A stretch of DNA of 64,000 nt from Haliotis rubra (lineage: Eukaryota): positions 868,001-932,000 of the forward strand of contig NW_025766625.1 of assembly GCF_003918875.1 (NCBI RefSeq), read 5' to 3'. The notes below the pieces were generated by a model. The model was not told where the DNA came from. It did not search any database and saw only the letters and a program-made list of their open reading frames with translations. Both the position numbers and the translations under genes were made by a program. Position 1 is the stretch's first letter; each line of letters opens with the position of its first letter. Positions 50,873 through 64,000 of the stretch are shown here, in pieces.

Positions 50873-52489
50873 GTGAAGACACCGGGTGGTCATGAAAAGG
50901 TGACGGTATCCTGGTGTTGATTATCTGCCGACACCGGTTCTGGACTTGGGAGGTGAAATAGCAGTATATATCAGTATAGGCTGATGATGCTGGGATAGTG
51001 CTCGACATAAACAGGAAGATGACTTTTGGAAGGTTGAGTGAGTGAGTGATTATTGCTTAACGCTGACTCGACAGTTATGAAACTGCCACAGATGATATGA
51101 GAAACATGGCGTACCATAGCAGCTCATATAACATTAGTGCGTAGCCTTTGACTGAATGGTGTGAATGCGATCTCAGCAAATATATTTCTTATAGAAAAAC
51201 AAGGAAATGTATACTTTGCTATGGCAGTCGTGAATACTGGTGAGTTATATCGTTTATCCCGTCACCATGGTTGCATTTCAGTATCTTCATCCTCGAAAAG
51301 CGTTCAGCAAAATATTACATTGTTATAAATCGGTGTTTCACAACGTAATCTCGTCCAATATATTTTATGAAATATTTGTTATCTCGTCCAATATATAATA
51401 TGAAATATTTGTTATCCACACCTAACATTTGATTACTTTCGGATGATCTTCAGCGTCAAAGGAGACGGGAAGGTCACGCAGAAATCAAATTTTGAGAAAA
51501 TGATGATGATTCATATAAGTTGACTTTATTGACAAATGGTATTTGCGCAGATTTATCAACACATTGCTCAATACTTCTATAAATCTGATTTTAGAAAAAA
51601 TCCGATATTCTATCTTGTAAATGAGAACATTGAGTTATGTTTGTTGGGAATTAATGGAACTACGCAACTACAAATATAGACATCTGCCGCCAAGTTATAT
51701 ATATATTTCATCTCGATGAATTACGATTGACCTATGCTATTTGGTCAGTACTTCGACTGAAAGATTTGATTGCTTTTAAACCGTGAAGAACTCCAGCAAC
51801 AGTGATTTGTAATCTGGCCCGTTATAGAAATTGCATCGATCTGCTTGTACACACATGCTTTATAAAGAGGGATACAAAACAATCAATGGTCAATTGATTA
51901 CTGCTAATCTGGCTCTAGATCGTACCAGTGTTGCTGGAACCAACATGTAATACCCCGCTGTTCCTACTAAGCATGTAGACAAAGGGAAATTAAGTTAAAT
52001 AGTGCAAATGTGTATTTAAAAGGGAACTGCGACTACAAAAGGGAGACTTGGCGATTTCTGTAATGGATTGCTCTCGTATGAAAATATTGATAACGTTCCC
52101 TAATGGGGGTGCTACTATATCTCCGTCAATATATAGCCTGGCTTAGATTTGAAACTCTTTTCGTCTTTCATTGGCTATTAAGGCCCGGTGATGTGGTCAA
52201 TAACTTAATCCTTTATTGAACACGGGGTTTGAACAAACATAACATGTTTTTCATTCCTGATTCTCCATACGGTGTTGGGATAATTTTTCGAAGGTCGACA
52301 TTAATGAAAGTCATCAGGATAAACGTACTGTAGTTGTGTCTAAAAGCTCCTGCTTTTAGGTTTCTGAATGCACTGTCTTCATCATTTGCTGCATCCTTTT
52401 ATTGGTGAGATGAATGAAAGCAAACGAAAAGAGGAGATGAAGTGCTGTGGGATTTAACATCGTGTCCAAGATTATTGCACTTATATATA

Positions 52490-52850
52490 CTGTGTTTATG
52501 TTAGTGTGTTTGTGTGTATATGTCTGTGTGTTTTGTGTGTATGTGTGTTTGTGTTTATGTGTGTGTTTGTGAGTGTGTATGTGTGTTTGAAGGTGTATTT
52601 GTGTGTGAATAAAAGCAAGAATAAAGGTGAAATGAGGTGCTATTGGGTTAAGTGAGGTATTGCACTTATGTACGCATGTATGTATGTCGTTTATTTGTTT
52701 GCGTGTGTAGCTGTTGCTTGTTTGCGTGTGTGTGTTTGTGCGTGCGTGTGTGTGTGTGCCTATATGCGTGCGTCTTTGTTTGGGTGTAGGTGTGTGTTGC
52801 TTGTTTGCGTGTATGTGTTTGTGTGTGTATATGTGTGTGCACGTTTGTTG
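52490..52850. repeat. Degenerate (GT)n low-complexity region
   Basis: Direct reading of the sequence. Confidence 0.9.
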
Positions 52851-53679
52851 GCTGCTTGCACTAGTACGGACTGTGAGCACCGAACTGTATACAGTATAGT
52901 TACCGCATAACCAACCAAGAACAAGGCACGGTAACAAAAAGTACCATCGTTTAGCCTCTTTTGGTATGACTTGATCTTCCGCAGCCAAAGCAAAAGACGT
53001 GTACCGCGGCTGTATTGAAGAAATGAGAGCGTAGATACTACCTGCTGACTGTGCTACCTAATTTCCAGAATTTGTTAATAGCCTAATCAGGTTTAAGTCA
53101 AGCAAGACAAATACCTCATGTAATCAGATGGAGACGACTTCCAGTTAGGTAAATATTGCTAACGAAAGGAATGACATGCCTTGTCACCTTCGTCTGATCT
53201 AAACGTTCATAATACTTAAGTACAGAAATACATTAAGTGTTCCGGATAACGCTAAGATGGCTCCCCAGGGGTTCTCCAGGCACACAGGTACTTATTTGCG
53301 AATAAATGATTTGCAGTGTCCATATCGTTGCTCAGAACGGGAAAGTACCATACCAGAGTAAATTGACTTTAGATAATTTAACTTGTGATTTTCTCTTTAA
53401 TGGGATTACGAGTCTCATGAGTACGTTTCTCATGTTGAACATGCACTTTGTTATATTTCAACTGCGTATTTGAATTTTAAGCTTCGCGAGCTGGCACGTC
53501 TTTTGGTAATAATATTACAAGGACATACGTCTGTACAGTATATCCAGCTTTAAAAGTATAACCACTAACCTGTTATTGATATACAAAGTTGGAAATGGTC
53601 AGTCAAGGGATGGGAGAATGAGTCGATGGAGGGATTGACAGATTGGCAGATGCACAGAACTGTGTGTGTGAGGGGAGGA

Positions 53680-53848
53680 AGTGAGTAATTGAGTGAGTAC
53701 AGCTTTACGCCGCGTTTAGCAATGTTCCAGCAGTATCAGGACGGGGGCACCAGAAATGTGCTTTACACATGGTTCTCATATGGGGAATCGAACCCGGGTC
53801 TTTGGCGTGACGAGCGAATGCTTTAACCACTAGGCTACCCGCCGTCCA
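53680..53848 (-). mobile_element. SINE family A, full-length diverged copy
   Basis: Reverse-complement homology including the A box (CCACTAGGCTA) and B box (GGAATCGAACC). Confidence 0.88.
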
Positions 53849-56800
53849 AGAGGGAGAAATAGTGTGAGAGAGAAACTAAGTGATTCGGACACTTTATCTG
53901 TGTGTAAATGAGTGAGTGCGTGTATGTGTGACCGAGTGTGCATCTTCGTAAGTGGATGTGTGTGTGTCCGTGTAAGTGTGTATGTGTTGCGTGTTAGTGT
54001 GACTGATTATTTGTGTATTTCACAATAGGCTAACCTCGACATAACGACATTAGTAATCCCTGTAACATATGGCCAGTATTATGACGGGATATCTCGTTTC
54101 ATGTATTACCAGGAAAGGGTGCTGTGTGCTTTATATCAGCCATTAGAAGGTCTCAGTGCCCGCATATCTCATGTCCCCCATGTGCACGAGCTACAACTTG
54201 TTTGCTGATTTTATCAATCCCCACGCCTGGACTGTTGTGTTTCACAAATGTATTTCTCTGACACTGACGTTTCAAACTAATTACTCATGTGTCCAAAACA
54301 CGTGTGGCAATGTCTATTCGCGACACATCGGAAACATAAACACCAGTATCACGTTCATTGTGTGATCGTATCATTCTGTCCATAGATAGAACTGACTGCC
54401 ATTAGTGCCATGACAATGCTCTCTAGATTTCCTATCTGGGACAGAGAGACCTCTGGAACGGACCAGTTTCAATATTCAAGCGGCAGTAGCCTCATAAATA
54501 TAGTCCCTAAAGACAACTGTCCCACATTTTGCAGAATTGTGTAATACATGCACATTTAAAATCTCGTGTATGTAGTCGTGTGGCTATGGATCTATGATAC
54601 AAGAATACTTGATATGTTTGTCTGTCCATGTCTCGCTGTATCGAATGTCCTTTATCTCGACATTACAGATAGCGGATATTGTTCCACAGTAACTTTGGAA
54701 CTCAATTTTACATGTTTTAGAGATATTTGAAAAGCGTTATCATTTATTTTTACACATTTTTCTTGAGCTGTTTTACAGTAATGCAATGAAGATACTTTTT
54801 ATTTCGATATCCAACTTCCTTTGAAATTAATAAATGCATCCCTATATACGACTTTATAATACCAAATGTATCATAACATTTAATCATATCCTCAATACTA
54901 ACATAAAATATAGCAAGGAGATAACTCTATCACACATCTGTCATTATCTTTCGAATCACAATACATGTTTAGGGGTCTGTTGCTTTCTTGTGCCATGGAA
55001 ATAAATTAGTTGACATATTCGAATACGTCATAAGGCCACCTTAGAGCCATTTGGTGAGAATGGTCTCCACTGCAAACAGTAATATTTCACACAATGGCCC
55101 CGAATATAACACGTCATCAGATTATCAATGCAGAACCACATTTCTCATACAATGGTATGGCTTATAGGACAAAGAAGAGTGGGAAAGGTTGTCTGAACGG
55201 CGCACATGGATCAATATACTGTACGTAGCTAGTATGAGTTTATTTGTTTTTACTGAATTATTTCACATGTTTAACATGCTATTCAAGACGGGCGTTAACT
55301 CAGTGTGTCTACCGTGGCATGTTGAATTATCCATAGTTTAACACAAGATACGTTTCAAAACTAAGCCATATCCTTACCAACGTACAGGTAGGCTGCCCTA
55401 AAAGATATAGCCAGTACATAGGGTTACTGGTTGTGTGGTCGTACTCTACGTTTAGTATGAAGTGGATCTCCCATGTAGATATCGGTTGACATGTTCTAGT
55501 GTGTCGTTGATTGCGTGCCAGGGTATGTCAACTAAAGCTTACCTCGCAATAAGCTTCCGGATATGTATATATTAGAGTTATAATTGACAGGGAAGTTTTA
55601 TCACATCTAGCTCTAATGACTAGCATGCTGCTGGTGATTTCGCTACAATTCAAGCGGTCCCTGCTGAGGATATATTGAGGTTACACTGAAGGACTAAACA
55701 CTGTTTGACTAAATACACGTACGTCGTTCACATCGGATGAAAGGTATACAAGGAAAACTGGTTCTGATTTATTCATCTGGTATTGTTGATGAGACGATCA
55801 GAGTGAGATCAAGATTGAATACGCATATAGCTACTTGATAACTAGCAGAAGACCAGCTCGCTGTTCACCATGGCTACCAGTAAATATAACCTCTTACATG
55901 TACAATAATGTTCTTAAGGGTTGTGCAAGAAACGTGACATTCAGCTTACACAGTTGCTGAATATAACTATATGTACACCGTGCAAGTTAAACACGGATGG
56001 ACGGATCAATCTGTGGACATGATTCCAGGACATTGTCCAGACTTTGGACTTCAGACTTCATCATCATGGCATCAACACGCCTCTGCAGCTATAGCTTCAG
56101 CCCAAGTCTCCGGATAATGCTGGTCGTTAATACCAATATACGCGGCCAGCGTAATGTATAACTTAGATATCTGTGCTCAGTGAGGCTGTCACTTCATAAA
56201 GGAAACAATAGATTTATAGATGTTGATTGGTGCCCTGGGAGCGGTTCCAAGAAACACTGCACCTACAAAGCTCGAGAGATTGAAAAGTAAAATGTTAAAA
56301 GTGACTTCTATTTTCTCGCCTGACGGATTCATCACCATGGCAATCCATCACTTCACTCACCCAATTGCCACCATATAGCACTGCTGTTTAATTTTCACAG
56401 AACAACCGACGAACGTACAGCTGATTTTGCAGTTTTTGTTGCTTAATGATTGGTTATTAAATAAAAATAAAATTAATAAAATATAGGAATTAACCTTATC
56501 CCTTAAGAGGTCTGTAGAATGTATATTCCAGGGTAGCTTTTGCATATCCCCTCAAGGGAATGACGAATACGGACATTTATTAGGCCTCTATTCATCCTGG
56601 TGTATGATTTGTTATCTGAATATAGGCGACAGCGAGTTCAAGGCTCAGCGATTCAAAAGCTGCAATGACAATTCATGATTTTGTATTAATTTCTGTTGAA
56701 GGTGTTAATTATTTTTGGTTGTTTATCGCGGCACATAGTAATAATCAAATGCAATGACGCCAGCCTGTAAAGGGTCGAGTGTGGACAAGAAAAACAATGG

Positions 56801-59799
56801 TGGATATTATGAACAACGATCAACAGACTCGGGGTCCGGCACATGACATATGAACACGATCTTTCCACATTAATATCCACTGTGACATAAACATGCAAGA
56901 AACACAGAGAGTGAACGTCTTATATGTCTGAACATTCATTAAACCACACTGATGCAGAAAGTATTAAAAATGACCATTTGGGAAAAGGCAATAAAAGCGT
57001 AATGCTGCAAAATCAAAGTTTCAATTCAATTTGTTTTCTAATGAGTTCCAATAGATTTGAGGAACAATTTCCCAAATGGATTATTTTTTTCCATGTCTTG
57101 TACGGCGCACTGGACATTAAACCGAAGAGTAATCTTACACGGGCTGTTAGGACGTAAGATCCATCGAAATAGATGAAAAATGAAGACTTCATTGCAGAGT
57201 ATAAGACACTGTCACTTGATACTGGTTGAAATTTGAAAGATTCCTTTGCAATACGATGAAAGACGTCACAATCAGTGGTATCCGTGATATAAATTATCAG
57301 GGTATGCCTGCTTATCGTTGTTTTACTACAACTCCTTGTATCGTAACGTCATCTTGGAACATCTCACTCGTAGTTATGACTCTGTGCCTTATATCAGTGT
57401 GTTACCATATAAGGATGTATGGCTTATTGTGATGACGTTTTCTCTGAAACAGACAAAACCAATTTCATGTGTCATACACATGACAAATAGAAATTTCACG
57501 TATTGACAAGTGTCGTTAACGTCGTTGCACGTAATGTTATTGCGTATGATATTCATGCCTTCATGTCATCCATTAAACGCAAAAAAATGCCGTTAATATA
57601 TAAAGAGTTTCCACGTTGGATCTATGTTGACGTCACGCGTTTTAATATCGTGGCTTTTGTTGTGGGGGAGGAGAATCATCAGATTGTTATTGATACTAGT
57701 AATATGAGACTACTGATTGATATTTATTGAGATGGGCATGTACTAAGTAAGCACGGTTTTAATGTACCTTTATCATTGTCAGAAATTATCAGTTGATATT
57801 GCGTGGGTAATATAGTATAGTCTTTTAGGCTAGTAAAAGCCAGAGGCTACTTTTGAGTTCTGTTAACGAGATTGAGAACACATTAAGAATATCATCTTTC
57901 AAAGTGAAACTGAAAATTGGTGTTCATTTTTAATTCAAACCATTATACTGTTTTTGACATCAGTTATTGTTGTACACGTGTATGAAGATGTACTTCCTTT
58001 TTGACATTTTTCAGGGTATCAAGCTTCTGCTACTAAAAGTCAGTGAGTGAGTGAGTGAGTTGGGGTTTACTCCGATTTTAGCAATATTCAAGCAATTCTT
58101 GAACTTTGTATCTCAAACAATCGGATTGATTACATCTGTGTATGTTATTGTCATATTCCTTTGGCAAACATTGTGCCTTTCCTGAACCTCGTATGTGTAA
58201 CAATTAGGTTAATTATATCTGAGTTTGTATGGTATTGGCATTGGTTACTTTCCTTGGCAAACACTGTGCCATTCTTGAACTTTGTAGTTCAAACAAGCTT
58301 GTACAACTCTATTCAGATACATTACATCTGATCGTATATAGTATTGGCACACTGCCACAGTTACTTCCCTTTGCAAATCTTGTGCCTTGATCTTTGTATC
58401 TCAAAGAAGCTTGCACAACTTTAATCAGAGCCTTGTTACAGCCATAGAGTTACTTCCCGTTGCTTTCATTGTCGATCTCTAGAACTTCGTTTCGCAAACA
58501 AGCCTGTACATCTGTTCATGTCCATGCGACTGTACCTACATTCAACTATGCTGGAATTAAAAAAAATAATAATAAAAACTATTACAGCAATATCACGGCC
58601 GGGGACACCAGAAATGGGATTCACTCAATGTACTCAATGTACCCACCGCCCCTCTGCTACAAGTAGTGTTTAGCGATACTAAGCGTTAATGTTTCATAAT
58701 CATGTTTCTGAACTTATGAAACTCATCTATCTGTAAATGACACCACTGATGAGAAAGCGGTTATTGTCTGCTAGTTTATATGGTTTACAGTTACACTGTC
58801 CATTATGGCATTGGGCCCAAAACTAATAACACTCAGCGACATATATAGAAGTATCTTGACAACTGTTTCTTCGAATAGACAGACCTCAGCTGGCTCGGTA
58901 TGAACTTTCAAAGTGACCTGCTTTCTGTATGGTGTCGTGTGTCGTGTTGCAGTGATCGATAAGCTGCTCCTGACAAAGATGAAAGTTCTACCGTTACTAA
59001 GGCTTCTGTTTAGTCGGCGATGTGTGCCCACAATGAAAGTCTTCATCACGAACCTGCCACGACAGAGGTGGACAGACAATGTTGTGCTTGTACTTGGCTG
59101 CAATGAAACTGGTTAATTTGAATTGTACAGTTCAAAACATGTCCTTGGTACCTGATCTGGACAGGTGGTTTTCATGTTAAAAAGACGAAATAATTCGATT
59201 TGGCTAATGCTATAGACCTCAAAGTGATGAAATGGATAATAAAGTATGGTTTATAAGGTTGAATGATGGGCTACGAGGCATACTTCTCGAATGATTGAAA
59301 TTATCTCGTTTACGCATGGCCACAGATAAGACGCAAGTTCCTGGTTTAAGAAAAGGCTCTCGAGGAGATATTGATGTTAGTCAATGTAGACATTCTTATT
59401 AAGGTAAAAGTATTCCTTTCATCTCTGAAGTTTGCTTTATCAAGTGATCAATGTTGCAATAAAACTGCTCGAGAATCTTCTGTCGTGATGAAAAGTCATG
59501 TCCGTGAATCTACATGGAGAACATTTCCCCATATATCATGCAAAGTCCATGTATATCGATACATAAACATAATTAGACCAGTTCGGATATAGTTGAGAAT
59601 TCGTTAAGGTTTTCAACATGTATTACATGTCGTTACTGCTGCCGTATGTTCTTGATGAAGCTATAACTTCAATCTTGTACACGAACCTATTTTATCCAGG
59701 AAAGTTTTCAGTTTCAGCGATATGAGGTATTGTACAGAAATAGTGAGTTTAAGAGTTTGGTAATGAGAGAATGTCTTTAAGACAGTGTCACATCGTAGA

Positions 59800-60525
59800 A
59801 AATAGAACAGTGTAAAGTCGTAAAAAAACAACGAAGTGTAACACAGGTTAAAATCATTGAAAGATGTAACGTCCTACAAAAGTAACACAGTTTAACGTCA
59901 TAACAAAATTAACTCAGTGCAACGTAGTACCAAAGTAAAAACGGTAACGTCATATAAAAGACACAGTTTAACGTCATACAAAAGTAAATTAAATTCAGTT
60001 TAACGTCATGCAAAAAACAACACAGTTCAACGTCAAACAAAAACAACACAGTTTAACGCCATACAAAAACAACACAGTTAAACGTGATGCAGAAGTAACA
60101 CAGGCTAACATCACACAAGAGCAACACAGTTTAATATCACACAAAGGTAACACGGTTTAACGTCATACAAAAACAACACAGTTTAACGTCAGACAAAAAC
60201 AACACAGTTTAACGTCAGACAAAGGCAGCACAGTTTAACGTCGTACAACAGTAATACAATGTGACGTCTTACAAACGTAACACAGTTTAACGTGATGCAA
60301 AAGTAACATTGGTTAACATCGCACAAGAACAACACAGTTTAATGTCGTACAAAAGTAATAAGTTTAACGTCATACAAAGGTTACATAGTTAACGTCATAC
60401 AAGAGCAACACAGTTTAACGTCATACAAAAGTAACACATTGAAACGTCGTACAAAGAGAGCACAGTTTAACGTCGTACAGCAGTAATAATATGCAACGTC
60501 GTTGAAACGTAACACAGTGTAACGC
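59800..60525. repeat. Diverged 26-bp minisatellite
   Basis: AACACAGTTTAACGTCATACAAAAAC-type units with period 26 (60181 to 60207). Confidence 0.9.
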
Positions 60526-61816
60526 CGCGTTTCATAACATCTCATTGAGTAAAGACCCGAGGTCTTATAAAGGTAACATGACATAGTAATCCAGCTAGCG
60601 TCTTACGAAGGAAACACCGTGTGTTGTACACAAAGTTAACGCAGTGTGATGTGTTATTATGTTGAAGGACGTTCAATGTGGTGAACTGCGAAGTCGTAGA
60701 ACAGTGTGTAGAAAACACACCAGTGTGGCCACTCTACACGTAGACCGTGCACTACGGGTATGTTACAGATATACATTTATATTCATGTGTATAACGAGAC
60801 GATGCAGATCGTACTATTGCACGGTATTAAACTGTGTTCCTTTGGTACCACGTTACATACTGTCGCGCTTTTGTTCCACGTTAAACTGTTCAACGTTTCA
60901 TTGTGTTATTTTTGTGCGCTGTTACACCTTGTTACATCTGTAGAATTTTAAGTTTCTGTCGTCCAATAGTACATTGCCTTTCTTTTGTATATACATGTAC
61001 ATACACGTTTATCGCAGGGCGGATGTAGATAGACCATGATAAAAATCTGAGGATACCCGAGCTGGAATACATTGCATCGTTCAGGAATCAATGTAGTTCT
61101 TTTTCTAAATTCTCGCCTCGAAAGAAGCTGTTGCTGCAGCAACACTATGGCCGCTCAATACACGTCTCTTGATCCCTGGAGCTAACACTCGAAGCAGATC
61201 TGGCCAGTGGTAGCATGTTCTTTGTGTGCAAACATGATGAATTACTCAATTACACACACGTGACTTAAATAATGAAATACTGAAGAACGGTCGCTATTAA
61301 GCTTGGCACAAGTTACGTTCTTTGATAAAATAATTCGGTAATCACGTTCAGCTTATTACCTGAAAGTAAAATAAAAATTCTTTTTGTTCATTTTTATCTT
61401 GCTGAAATGATTACGCTGTTACGTACTAGTAGTCGCTAATGCACACATTATCAATGCATCTGCGAGTAAAGCTTATATTGATGAAATTGACAGAACATCG
61501 GCTTATAGTACGTATTATCACGATTCTGGGGCAGCTACACCTCCACATAGAACGTTGCAAGCCAATACCTGACAACTGCCTCTGAGAAAAGGTACTAGGA
61601 AAAGAGGAATTTTCAAGTGTTTTTAATTTATTATCGTCATAAAGTCCATATATTTGTTCACTCAGTTGGTGATTTATTTCTGATGTTTATGTAAATGATA
61701 TGGAATATGAGAGTACCTCTATCAAAAGATGAGTATAAGACATATAAAAGCGTAAGGTACAATCTCTCATCGTGTCATCAGACCTTACTTGAATTTCGGG
61801 GAGGGTTTTGTCTAAC

Positions 61817-61983
61817 GTAACATATGTTATATTTGGGATTACACTTTCTTTGTAAAGTACAGATTCTAGTGCTTTTGTTGGGTTGAGTCCCATGCGGGAT
61901 TCAAACCCACACCCTCAGATTCGGGCACCTAATCGCCAACAGACTTACAAAAAAAGTGTAATCCCAACTATAACATATGTTAC
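61817..61983. mobile_element. Foldback/MITE-like element with 39-bp inverted repeats enclosing a tRNA-like fragment
   Basis: 61817-61855 and 61945-61983 are reverse complements (2 mismatches in 39). The inside reads GTGGGTTTGAATCCCGC on the minus strand (B-box-like). Confidence 0.7.
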
Positions 61984-62477
61984 ATTTGACCACTTTCTAA
62001 ATGGCATTGTGTAATCAAGGGTTTTGTCGCTTGCGTTCATCTGAGCATCTTAAGAGACTCTATTAACGAGTGAACACATTCAAAGACACAATGGGGTCAT
62101 GGTAGAAAGCACAGAGCTTGCAACACAAGACAAGGCAATCTGTTATCGCGTTTCACGTCACCTGATTTAGCTCATATACTTTTACGTGTGTAGTCTTAGG
62201 AAACAAGCATTAATCCTCGATCAATCTTCCCGAGTTGGCAGAACTTCTGCTAGTATAACTGACACCGTATGTGTAGAGGTCTAAGCCTGGCAACGAGACA
62301 CTACTTTATAACAGGTCTTAAAACAATTAATTTCAATGAAAACCCTGGCATGAAAGCTTATTTCTTCTTCGACGATTATTCTGCAGCAATTTATTGGTGG
62401 AAGACTCCACAGAGACGAAAGAATTTTGCTGTCACGAAAGGGCGAACGTAAGGCGGAATTGAGAACAATAATTGTGC

Positions 62478-62868
62478 TTCCCAAGGTAGTGAGTGCTTCT
62501 CTCCATTAGGCTGATTTATCTTACCGATATCAACACCGCAAGATATGACATTAATGCTTGAGAGGGATATTTCTATGTGATAAATGCCGTCAAAACTGAT
62601 TACGAGGGTCAATTTGTTTGTGCCGATAATTTCAAATCAAGGCAAGCGGCTGTCCTTTTCTGTCACAACTAGGGATAGTCTAGAATTCCTAAGGTAGCGA
62701 GTGCTTCTTTCCATCAGACTGCTTCATCTTACTGACGTCAGCACCACAAACTATGACATTAACACCTGAGTGATACAAGGTGTTGTAAATGAATGTTGGT
62801 CGATTTATTTGTGTCGAAAATTCAAAATCCATTCCCGCGATTAATTGCATTTCTGTCACAACTAGGGA
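62478..62868. repeat. Old ~200-bp tandem duplication
   Basis: TCC.AAGGTAG.GAGTGCTTCT.TCCAT.AG...TATGACATTAA...TTTCTGTCACAACTAGGGA occurs twice (~62478-62676 and ~62687-62868). Confidence 0.75.
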
Positions 62869-63271
62869 CCCTGAGCCTCCAGTCAAGTATAAATGAAATG
62901 CAGGCTTTGTATGAAATTCGAACTGATTAATGCCTAAAGAGGGGAGTGTGGATTTGTCTGGAATATTTATTTTGTTCCGGCAGTATCAGGAACGGCAGCT
63001 AACTCACGTGAATGTGAATACTAGTTTAATAGAAGAAAACATTATGAAGTCGAATATATCTGTCAGCCATAACTACGCCAGACATAATGAAGTCAGATAT
63101 AACAAAAGCAGATGTTACACTATAAAAAAAGTAGTTTAACAATGTCATTAGACCAGTCACTTACAATTAGGTCAGTTATAACAAAGAGAAATAATGTCGA
63201 TACAACTGAGTCAGATATCATAAAGCCGAAGACAAGTTAGATATAATTTAGTGGATGTAACGACGTTCTAT

Positions 63272-63415
63272 NNNNNNNNNNNNNNNNNNNNNNNNNNNNN
63301 NNNNNNNNNNNNNNNNNNNNNNNNNNNNNNNNNNNNNNNNNNNNNNNNNNNNNNNNNNNNNNNNNNNNNNNNNNNNNNNNNNNNNNNNNNNNNNNNNNNN
63401 NNNNNNNNNNNNNNN
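63272..63415. other. Assembly gap (N run)
   Basis: Run of N. Confidence 0.99.
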
Positions 63416-63507
63416 CCCTGAGCTGATGATGAGCCTTACCAGCCTGACTGTGCCAGGATCACCCGAACCCTCTCTGATGCATTTTCATCTTTAATCTGTA
63501 AAACATA

Positions 63508-63784
63508 AATGATAATAATGCTAATTTTTGCGCCTAGAATCCAACACGATGCTGCTCTCTGGCGTTACATTATTACCCAGACGAAATTGTAAATGAAAGT
63601 CGCTACTGAGCGCTTCGCGCGACCCGGTTCTCAGATACCCATTTTGAACAGCTGAGTGGACTGAGTGCAATGTGGACAAACACAGTATGAGACCCAGGTC
63701 ACAAATTTTGGTGTCTCCACCGGGAATCGAACCGGGCCTTTGGCGTGAGAGGCCAGCATGCTAACCACTACACAACTGTGCTCC
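63508..63784 (-). mobile_element. tRNA-derived SINE family C (Glu/Asp-like head, conserved-core-like body, L2/CR1-like tail)
   Basis: Minus strand: GTGTAGTGGTTAGCA...CCTCTCACGCC...GGTTCGATTCCC head; CTCAGTCCACTCAGCTGT..AAATGGGTATC body; GAGCA-hairpin-TGGA...GGCGC...ATTATTAT tail. Confidence 0.75.
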
Positions 63785-64000
63785 AACGAAGTGAGATATA
63801 ATGTAGTGGATGTAACGACGTCCTATATAATATATGGGGTATAACGAAGTGAGACATAACTTAGTGGATGTTACGACATCCTATATAATCTATGGGGTAT
63901 AACGAAGTGAGATATTATTGAGTGGATATAACAACGTCCTATATAATGGATGGGGTATAACAAAGTGAGACATAATTTATTGGATGTTACGACATCCTAT

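Larger units (their letters stand above)
63040..64000. repeat. Minisatellite of ~19-20-bp subunits organised as a 58-bp unit; interrupted by a gap and a SINE
   Basis: ATAACGAAGTGAGACATAACTTAGTGGATGTTACGACATCCTATATAATCTATGGGGT with period 58 (63841 to 63899); shorter diverged subunits at 63040-63240. Confidence 0.8.

Noticed and set aside
52356-52988. 210-aa His/Thr-rich ORF, and similar ORFs at 49147-49529
   Set aside because: Translations of (CA)n/(GT)n low-complexity DNA.
58015-58042. Micro-exon 2 (TTTTCAG|GGTATC...CA|GTGAGT)
   Set aside because: The apparent donor is the (GAGT)n tail of a SINE fragment, and there is no independent support.

Overview
This is eukaryotic (animal), AT-rich, repeat-dense genomic DNA with three assembly gaps. 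The SINE types and (GAGT)n tails suggest a mollusc, possibly an abalone-like gastropod (inference). No complete protein-coding gene is present. Host-gene candidates are a + strand first coding exon encoding a signal peptide (38833-38908) behind a GC-box/CCAAT promoter, and a weaker - strand non-coding first exon with a TATA box near 2 kb. Mobile DNA includes a decayed Gypsy pol fragment, a 5'-truncated L2/CR1-type LINE, decayed Tc1 and MULE transposons, MITE-like elements and at least three SINE families. There are also about nine minisatellite arrays. The most unusual observations are: (1) a SINE-like family whose fixed 5' end folds into a pseudoknot retained across four copies (candidate ribozyme or structured RNA); (2) a ~150-160 bp TG...CA element with a 4-bp TSD carrying a tRNA-Arg(TCG)-derived Pol III unit (a possible tRNA analogue of Cassandra TRIM LTRs); (3) a Gypsy pol fragment bracketed by a 59-bp repeat instead of LTRs; (4) a palindromic CpG-rich 33-bp satellite and a TAATCC-rich satellite flanking the candidate promoter. 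Most short ORFs in the supplied track are spurious.
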